64,000 nt of DNA. It comes from a virus. Each line of letters starts with the position of its first letter. Position 1 is the first letter of the stretch. The notes below the pieces were generated by a model, which saw nothing but the letters and a program-made list of their open reading frames with translations, ran no database searches and was not told where the DNA came from. Shown here piece after piece: positions 58,501-64,000 of this stretch. The DNA lies in the UHGV virus genome UHGV-0183930; one strand, written 5' to 3'. Position numbers and translations under genes: made by a program.

Positions 58501-59554
58501 TAGCATCTACTCTTGCCTGTAACATAGCTTGTCCTTCTGGAGTGAGAACTTGCTCAAAAGAGTTTCCATCAGGAGAAATCTGATACTGTGCAAACTGAGG
58601 AAACTCTTTAAGCATAGCCTCCTGCTCTTGTGCTGCCACTTTAGCCTGTGCATCATCAAGTTGTTGCTTGTGAAGCTCAAACCAATCCTTGCTATTATTT
58701 ATAGCTTCAATTCTTGCCTCACCTAATGCACCTGAGAAAGCACCAGTAAGTTTAAGAGTAGGCTCAGCCATCTTAAGTTTCTTAGCATCCCTTGCCAATT
58801 CATCAGTAAGTCTTACACCATCAAGGAATAAATCTCCCTCTCTATAAGCCTGTAAAGCTGCATTAGGACTAAGAGCTTCACCACTTGCTGTAACTGCACC
58901 TTTGAATGCCTGTCTTGCTTTATTAAGACCAAGTAACCTTGAGGTTGCACCAGCACTAATCTTACCAGAATAAGCAGCACCAACAGCAAAACCTAAGTTC
59001 TTAAGGAATTTATCTCCAATGAAGTTAGCTGAAAATATGTTCTCATACCAAGGGTCATTCTTCTCTGCATCAGTATAGTAATTAGGCAGAACTGACTCTG
59101 ACCATTCATTTACTTGCTGCATTGCATTTGAGAAAGGATTATCCCAGAACCCTGAGAATGTTCCTGTGGCTGCTGCATTACCTAAACCTACTATAGTACC
59201 AATGATACCATCAGCAAAGGTAGTACCTGCAAGAACAGCTCCCTTAGCCAAGCCAGCTCCTATTTGAGCATACCAAGGCTGTATTTCTCCTCTTGTATTA
59301 GCCAAGTTATCAAGTTGGGTCATAGATGTGATGTTTTCATCAAACATACTATCATTGACTCCAACAAAACCTACCTCTTGAGGTGTAGCCTTTTTCTGTG
59401 CTCTTGCAGCTACTTGCTTATAATCCTCCACACTATTAATCCTTGGAGTGTTTCTTATAAGCCTTTCTTGCTTTAGTGCATCCAAACTTTTAATACCCCT
59501 TAACCCACCTACTCCTTGTGTAGATGGGTCTTGGATTTGTTGATTATTTGCCAT
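52598..59554 (-). CDS. giant virion cargo protein with PD-(D/E)xK nuclease and zincin domains
   Basis: 2318 aa; GEVDILSV...IYDVKTS...QLSAY; YHEAFHAVF...EERMAEGF. Confidence 0.8.
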   Translation of the reverse strand: MANNQQIQDPSTQGVGGLRGIKSLDALKQERLIRNTPRINSVEDYKQVAARAQKKATPQEVGFVGVNDSMFDENITSMTQLDNLANTRGEIQPWYAQIGAGLAKGAVLAGTTFADGIIGTIVGLGNAAATGTFSGFWDNPFSNAMQQVNEWSESVLPNYYTDAEKNDPWYENIFSANFIGDKFLKNLGFAVGAAYSGKISAGATSRLLGLNKARQAFKGAVTASGEALSPNAALQAYREGDLFLDGVRLTDELARDAKKLKMAEPTLKLTGAFSGALGEARIEAINNSKDWFELHKQQLDDAQAKVAAQEQEAMLKEFPQFAQYQISPDGNSFEQVLTPEGQAMLQARVDAKFDYNGGLQKLSEDRAKMGNIDFALNIPLLTVSDAWQFGKFYAGGYNTAKKGSQILRTVAEDGTVSYSAAKPSVLRNALKIASKGVAEGPYEEMGQAVAGKVAGYKYASELNDFYGAKIDPEAESETIDWLQATAKAIGQTYGTVEGWEEGFIGGLTGLVGIPGFRSVKNSEGGFQSPVYLQGGIKEDIQEIRERNEKDDAIVTQLNNRVQSPEFLNYYQSAIRHNAYQRQMDEAADNNDNFEFKNAEHNQLISDVIMFDKAGRINDLYDIIEEAGNVREEDVEQIRQLTTNQETGTSVYDNMTDAEVIEQIQKQTQETKEAVDNYRKISQDLQVKIGDYFDEDGLEEMTYYFSNIDNLENRFKDVFGKVQESLRTIAADVERDIYNPESPDIIKEAVTKDSSAIRMLLNLSPEQLSSVLNSEDNGPFIKALEKASESISERFPILKAQGISENLHDLRRILERRSDFIDKYDTYLRNPQALQQKQERQRENIIRENERQEIAKTKDAALAATNLNEFREALNNEPDSSKRQQILDELENEGNKMAKDYKEVQMYNSEVSKAIDSNQSISPEAKANAQELLRAQHENANNLEEMANPNSVFINNPETLYDENLPDDVNMMNFAEAQYGLLSAMSAVNNDQRFKARFPAEYLKPVDRTEGTKGTTEKDVTGDSGTPTVPPVNSGPVNTYEPPVGNITPQMVAEENKKANENAPTPQSLDSSQKSKRQYYRPTIPELHINASKDGDFRPFNVVVAEKENLNFDELYNYLRDNRAFSYVNEGNLKAGDELGFMIDPEFNDHTIFIVDKRNNQIVGSLDESQYVVDRYEGLSGLIERVKTEFNQTGKDKKFIATPTTRVSQMMIGRIPYSTEERNMGDIPNVSKESIFGIVKNGILSTNGRISDDLIIKPMDMSQKEGRMYILIPNAAGKYSPAAVRVKHFNESEYNPEDVTINSTPLYKNIRKSIDALANAFTEEDVSNAVKDLARSLYIGDVHIDFIQGKNGNGIRFTKVQRDANKNEIYDEVDGKRVRREDARTVFLTERWDPNVLYELGGEGVKTQPDTRDSAEVASEIQNILMAFNLPLQVNLGMLNKGGYNNMLLSSGVMTSNIVDASVKSSWFTTDYFDIQGNLQQALNPASVKPEEGRKVQTPVGGTEGAIAGTTVSFDNTTYHVDLTSNTVRDNNGRTLNSFPESILDMAYIQENYGDAQNGSMMMGGITLLPNGKVLNRNTGQYVTGAASDKFKQKLADRKKTVADSKKVIDQIAENQSKVDKTRTDGEFYYILEDDGEYHEYKRVHSVLGSNWVESPKQTKALQDLRVNLSKNADNITQFNNYLRNLSNHYGVDLSAFEGKIDARSRDTIVNIVRDKMSGTNSQRALEAGTSVDSIIRNFFTSNEMPVKPSNMSEQAFNDLVTSLTEIKSNIEARGETFLTNNIVLFNKFENGNRVAGEVDILSVDANGNFKIYDVKTSRYSFYDFIDRNGRKVNYFKNKSNTQTMSQEQYYTKQLSAYKNLFESQYHTPITTLAILPFVLEYNKDNVSRVTKEKGILLNYDSSVNVPLVGAVATPEVNNTNSSLPIFNSTLETQSPINDVLPEFTLADGKVGYFLRDGKLHTGYLSSIGKVNGVEVYMTKVPNITKGFGDQPAHVASNDFLAVFPNGVTFPMVKGANTSYSESEAKASIKKALEGNPKRVIDMSQEKTIIYNPSTEPVKIEKPIIPATINQATTSGAQATVAKEQAINQVDEEFEDVFELRQVDDLSRPIWDKDKELAWLNKVLPQLSESERVVVTNGLIKVAKTGALAWGQFSDGIITLSDIAAEGTTYHEAFHAVFHLLTEPELREELLKEAKRTYGELSNSELEERMAEGFREYVMTKDTQSLGTKIINFFKELFAKVANWNQLRPSLTEYYRNINEGNYSNSTYKVPALNNSRAESLEFIGLETETREALEKKGWTEEMWNQISQEEREQAIRCS

Positions 59555-59560
59555 ATTCTT

Positions 59561-61186
59561 CTACTCTAATTTAGAATCTGTATTACTTTGTCTCTTAGCA
59601 AGAGTATTGAACTTGCCATAGATATAATTCATCATACTCTCAATTTCCTTTTGAGCTTCTACATCATAACCATACTCAAGGTATGTATTGATATTGTGCA
59701 TTGCATCAGCAACATATCTCTCTTCATTATCAATTAATTCAGGGTCAATAACTGCTGATTTAGTCTTACCATCTTTAGTAGCATTGATTATAAGTCCTAC
59801 CTCTGGGTCATAACTTATATCATTGTCACCAGTAAAGTAATCTGAGATATTCTTTAATTTAATAGGATCTCCCTTCCTATTTTTATCAAGTTCATAAAGA
59901 CCAGTTGACTCTGTAGCTGCACCTAAGGTTCTTGCATTCTCCTTTATAACTTGAGAGATTAAATCACTCTGAGTTATATTAGGTTTATATACAAAACTTC
60001 TTACAGCACTACTCCTAATATCAGTTTGTAACTTCTGTTCAAGTTTGTCCATATTACCATCCTCCATACCATACTTCTTGATTATCTGTTGAAGTCTTTC
60101 AGCATGAGGTTTGTATTCTTCATCCTTATAACTTCTGTATTGAAGATTACCTCTTGTACCTAATAATCTGTCAGGGTCATGAACACCAACTCTTCTTGTG
60201 GCTACTTCCTTAACCATTGAAGGATTAGCCCTTAATTGTTGTATGAACTCAAGGTCCTTATTAAGCTCAGTAGTTTTCTTGTCCCCATCAACTTTAGTTT
60301 TAGGTACTGACCTCCATGTTGGTGAAGGAGTTCCTTCTGTCTTACCTTTCTTGAGTTTAGCTATCCTTTCTTGCATTGCATAGTCATAAGCCTTGTTAGA
60401 AAGAGTTTGATATTGAGTTTCACCTACTGCATTCCATAAACCTTGTCTTGCATAATCATAAGCTCTATTAAGGATGTTTTCATCATTCCAATTCTTGATA
60501 CCAGAGCTTCCTACTGCATCTTCAACTATACCTTGTAATATAGGAGAAGCCTCGGGATTATTTTGTACAGCCTGCATAATCTCCTCAGGTCTGAATCCCT
60601 TCTGCATTATAGTTTCGTAGTATTGATTACCTAAGATTGTTCTCCACTTTCTTGGGTTCTCTCTTACTTCCTTAGCTAAATTCTGTGCAGCAGTACCTAC
60701 TTGTTTTGCTAAAAGTGCTCCAGAATAGGATTGTGGTGATAGAGCTGGGTTAGATATTAGTTCATCTAAGGAAAGTGTAGAAGCAGGTCTATCAAATAAC
60801 AGTGTACTATCCTGAGCCTGTAATTTCCTTTGTTCATCTACTAACTCTTGTCTTCTCTTATAAGCCTGTTCTATAGGAACAATCTCAGAAGAGTATCTTC
60901 TTTTCATATCAATTAATCCTTGTCTACTTGCAGGAGTAAGTCCTTGTTTAGCTAATGACTCAGCTTGTTTAGCCAAGTCATTAGAATATTGTTTGTACAT
61001 TGCATAAGCCTGTGGGTCTGTCTGCTCATTGGCAAGTCTTTCAAATACACCTGCCTTAGTACTTAACTCTCCCATTCCTTCCTGTATAGTATTATACTCA
61101 TTAGTATAAGCCTGTAGTGGCTGAAGCATTTCCTGATAAGAGAATGGTCTGAACTTAGCACCACTAACAAAGTTAAAATTAGCCAT
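59561..61186 (-). CDS. virion/ejection protein
   Basis: 541 aa in the cargo cluster. Confidence 0.7.
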   Translation of the reverse strand: MANFNFVSGAKFRPFSYQEMLQPLQAYTNEYNTIQEGMGELSTKAGVFERLANEQTDPQAYAMYKQYSNDLAKQAESLAKQGLTPASRQGLIDMKRRYSSEIVPIEQAYKRRQELVDEQRKLQAQDSTLLFDRPASTLSLDELISNPALSPQSYSGALLAKQVGTAAQNLAKEVRENPRKWRTILGNQYYETIMQKGFRPEEIMQAVQNNPEASPILQGIVEDAVGSSGIKNWNDENILNRAYDYARQGLWNAVGETQYQTLSNKAYDYAMQERIAKLKKGKTEGTPSPTWRSVPKTKVDGDKKTTELNKDLEFIQQLRANPSMVKEVATRRVGVHDPDRLLGTRGNLQYRSYKDEEYKPHAERLQQIIKKYGMEDGNMDKLEQKLQTDIRSSAVRSFVYKPNITQSDLISQVIKENARTLGAATESTGLYELDKNRKGDPIKLKNISDYFTGDNDISYDPEVGLIINATKDGKTKSAVIDPELIDNEERYVADAMHNINTYLEYGYDVEAQKEIESMMNYIYGKFNTLAKRQSNTDSKLE

Positions 61187-63545
61187 AAGTAAATCCTTTC
61201 TTCTTTTTTAATTTGCCACCTTTAGATTTCTTCTTTCCTGAGTAGTTACCTCTTGTGTCCATCTGTAATACTCCTGCATCTGCCAATCTGTCAAGCCATG
61301 ATGCTTGTTCCTGCTCCCAACCTATATCTCCTAAACCTTGTAAGAAGTTAGTTATATTAGCACTTCTTCTTGCACTATCCTGGTCTTTAATAGCTTGCCT
61401 TAATTGAGCAGCAGACATAGCAGCTCTCATCCTTAACTCATCATTTTGATTGTTAGCCATTGCAGCTCTCATAGCACCTTCACTATTAAACTGGTTGGTT
61501 CCTCTATTAAAGCCTTCCACTTGTTGCCTTTGAGCTAAGTTGTATTCCTCAGCCTTTCTTGCCAAGTCACCTAAATTCTGACCATAATTATAGTCAGCAG
61601 CTAATAGACCAGCTTGCATATTTGCCCTATTTCCACCTGAGGTATTCTGTAATCCCCTTCTTGTTGCATTTGCAGAAGCATCAAGTCTGTTGATATAATA
61701 GTTTCTATCAAATGGCTGGTAACTTAAATAGTTACCAATAGGTGTGAAGTCTACATTTCCAAGGTTCTTAGTAGAGTTCAATACTAAGTCTGCATTTTCA
61801 TAATCAGGTCTACTAAACATATCAGTTATAGCACCTATTCCTGCTCCTACTATTGGAGCATATCTCAACCAAGAAGCCCTTTCTCTTCTTCCACTATCAT
61901 CTTCATCTCCTGAAGAGATAGGTGATTGAGGAGAAATGGATTTAGGAACTGGAGGAGTAGGGATATTAAATGAAGGAGTAACAGGTTCAGAAAGAGGTGT
62001 ATTCTCTATTTTATATGTTCTTGAAGCTGCCTGCATTGCATTATGTACAGGACCCTTCTTCCTATCTGTAGCAAGTCTCTTTATATCTGATATGTCAGTA
62101 AAGGTATTACCTCCAATAGGTCCAAACTCTTGACTATTGATTCTTTTAAGCCAATTAAGTGAGCTTGGTTCTCCTTCTTGAAGAAAATTAACAAAGTTCA
62201 TATAATCTCCTGTGTACCAATCATCTTGTATTGGTGTAAAGTTCTTATATGTTTTGTAAGGTCCACCATACTCAAATTTATTGGTATCACCCTTCCCTCT
62301 TCTATTCTTCATTCCTTCTTGAGCCTCAGCAAGTCTTGACATATTTGCCTCCAAACCTCTTTTACTTATTGGGTCATTTGGTCTTTCCTGACTTTCAAGC
62401 TGTGCATATTTAGCAGCATCAGCAAAGGTATCCCCTTTCAATTTATATTTCTTCTTGATACTCTCAGGTAATTTTATTCTATTACTGAATACATAATCAT
62501 TATATATAACCTCTCCTTGTTCAACTAAGTTAGGCACACCTTGTTGGTCAACACCAATCTGAACTCCTTCATTAGGATTCTGTTCATGAGTTCCACCTTC
62601 ATCAATAATAGTAACACCATTGTTGAAGTCTCCTCCATGTGTATTTAACCATCCACCAAAGGCATGATTCCATCCTCTTGCATTTTGTGCAAAGGTAGCC
62701 CTCTTTCTTATAGTAGGAGAATTGCTTCTTTTACCTCTTGCAATACATTCAGAAGTAACCTTGCCTCCACAATATTCAGTAAACTTACCTCTATTCTTTT
62801 TCTTAATATGAATACCACCACCCTCAGCAAAGGTGTTCAATTCATCCATAGCTTGAAATGAATTAGGAAGAGAAGTCAATCTAAGATTTCCCATAGCTTT
62901 CAACTCTGAATTATTTAATTCCCTATTGGCTAACTCATAGTTTAATGCCTGTCCTCCTATAGTTCCAAGTGGACCCCCATAAGCTGCATAATTAGCCAGA
63001 AGGCTTTGGTCACTTATAATATCAATATTTCCAGCAGTATTGCCTAAAGAACTCAGTGCTCTTTGATTAGCTTCATCTATTTGTCTGTTTAATGCTCTTG
63101 TCTTCTTCTTGGCTTTATTACTGAACCATCCATCAGAACCTACCTGAGACTTACTTACATTAGCCATGCTTCTATAATCTCCCCAGTCACTAAGTAACTG
63201 GTCATTTGTAGTAGCTCCTGAAACATAATTTGACTGTTGGATAGCTCTATTTTCTGTCTGATTAACAAACTCTTTATTTATCTTACTTCCAAAAGCTGCA
63301 TTAACCAGTCCTCCAACAAGGTTAACTCCAGCTCCAATAAGACCTCCAACTCCAGGAATTGCAGATGCAACAGAGCCTACACCCTGCATTATATTACCAA
63401 CACCTGTAGTATTACCTTGAGGGTTGGCAAATCCACTGATTAAATTAGCCCCTGTGTTAGCCAATCCACCAGATAGCCAAGAAGGAAGTCCACCTCCATT
63501 GGCAAACTTCCTATTTCTTCTTGTTATAACTTTATTCTTAACCAT
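61179..63545 (-). CDS. virion/ejection protein with Gly-rich hydrophobic segments
   Basis: 788 aa; GVGSVASAIPGVGGLIGAGV segment; repeated FxxGG motifs. Confidence 0.72.
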   Translation of the reverse strand: MVKNKVITRRNRKFANGGGLPSWLSGGLANTGANLISGFANPQGNTTGVGNIMQGVGSVASAIPGVGGLIGAGVNLVGGLVNAAFGSKINKEFVNQTENRAIQQSNYVSGATTNDQLLSDWGDYRSMANVSKSQVGSDGWFSNKAKKKTRALNRQIDEANQRALSSLGNTAGNIDIISDQSLLANYAAYGGPLGTIGGQALNYELANRELNNSELKAMGNLRLTSLPNSFQAMDELNTFAEGGGIHIKKKNRGKFTEYCGGKVTSECIARGKRSNSPTIRKRATFAQNARGWNHAFGGWLNTHGGDFNNGVTIIDEGGTHEQNPNEGVQIGVDQQGVPNLVEQGEVIYNDYVFSNRIKLPESIKKKYKLKGDTFADAAKYAQLESQERPNDPISKRGLEANMSRLAEAQEGMKNRRGKGDTNKFEYGGPYKTYKNFTPIQDDWYTGDYMNFVNFLQEGEPSSLNWLKRINSQEFGPIGGNTFTDISDIKRLATDRKKGPVHNAMQAASRTYKIENTPLSEPVTPSFNIPTPPVPKSISPQSPISSGDEDDSGRRERASWLRYAPIVGAGIGAITDMFSRPDYENADLVLNSTKNLGNVDFTPIGNYLSYQPFDRNYYINRLDASANATRRGLQNTSGGNRANMQAGLLAADYNYGQNLGDLARKAEEYNLAQRQQVEGFNRGTNQFNSEGAMRAAMANNQNDELRMRAAMSAAQLRQAIKDQDSARRSANITNFLQGLGDIGWEQEQASWLDRLADAGVLQMDTRGNYSGKKKSKGGKLKKKKGFTYG

Positions 63546-63565
63546 CTTATTAATCTATTTTGATA

Positions 63566-63596
63566 CAAAGGTAAGTATAATATTTGACTTATCAAA
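63566..63596 (-). promoter_or_regulatory. Bacteroidota promoter (minus strand)
   Basis: TTTG (63593-63596), 19-nt spacer, TACCTTTG (63566-63573). Confidence 0.7.
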
Positions 63597-63638
63597 TGTA
63601 ATATTTAAAATAGTAGCATACTATAAATAAAATAATTA

Positions 63639-64000
63639 TCACACATTGTAATGAACCATTATATCATGCAATTCTGCTCTATAGCTGTTCTTACATATAT
63701 TTGATAGCTTTACATAAGCCCATGTATTTCTAATTCTATCTCTACCATTAGTACTATCTCTTGGGATTAAAGCCCTCCATACATTAAACTTTTTCTTCAA
63801 ATTTGAAGGAGTAGCTTCACTAAGACTTAACATAGAAAGTCCAGACTGGTATTCATTCCATACCTCAAGCTTATCAAATGAAGTTAATGGCATAAACACT
63901 CCTGACTGGTCATAGAAGTCAGCTCTGTATTCAACTACATTAAATATCTTATCATATGGTTCTTCAGGATTACATACTACAGTAACATAATATGGCTTGA
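63639..64000 (-). CDS. C-terminal part of a structural (probably tail) protein, truncated by the window edge
   Basis: frame stays open to the window end (KPYYVTVVCNPEEPYDKIFNVVEY...KKKFNVWRALIPR). Confidence 0.6.
   Translation of the reverse strand, partial: KPYYVTVVCNPEEPYDKIFNVVEYRADFYDQSGVFMPLTSFDKLEVWNEYQSGLSMLSLSEATPSNLKKKFNVWRALIPRDSTNGRDRIRNTWAYVKLSNICKNSYRAELHDIMVHYNV

Noticed and set aside
41224..63545. Stop-codon reassignment as in some crAss-like phages
   Set aside because: Giant ORFs are intact in the standard code, TAG and TGA end genes with tight coupling, and there is no suppressor tRNA.

Overview
A 64-kb AT-rich segment of a crAss-like (Crassvirales-type, Bacteroidota-infecting) phage genome in the standard genetic code. 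Positions 1-13.5 kb are an accessory region with small and membrane ORFs, tRNA-Arg, tmRNA, an aberrant tRNA, Ro60/TROVE, SPFH, vWA, a PurA-like enzyme and a GH73 muramidase. Positions 13.5-41 kb hold replication and nucleotide metabolism genes (SF2 helicase with a GIY-YIG insertion, DnaB, primase, UNG, class II RNR, dUTPase, PolA, ThyX). Positions 41-64 kb hold the virion RNA polymerase and very large ejected/cargo proteins. The main finding is a self-contained unit running promoter 5281-5312 -> Ro60 -> six copies of a conserved bulged-helix RNA motif (UAGUG-N10/11-UUACUUCA paired to UUCU) -> terminator 7478-7516. Two copies are circularly permuted and grafted into the anticodon loop or D-loop of tRNA scaffolds, and others carry anticodon-stem-loop mimics, suggesting a phage Y-RNA-like array. 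Also notable are a complete Ubl-E2-JAB-E1 ubiquitin-like operon and a homing endonuclease that appears to supply a recoded replacement N-terminus to the helicase it disrupts. All calls come from reading motifs by eye; no database searches were run.
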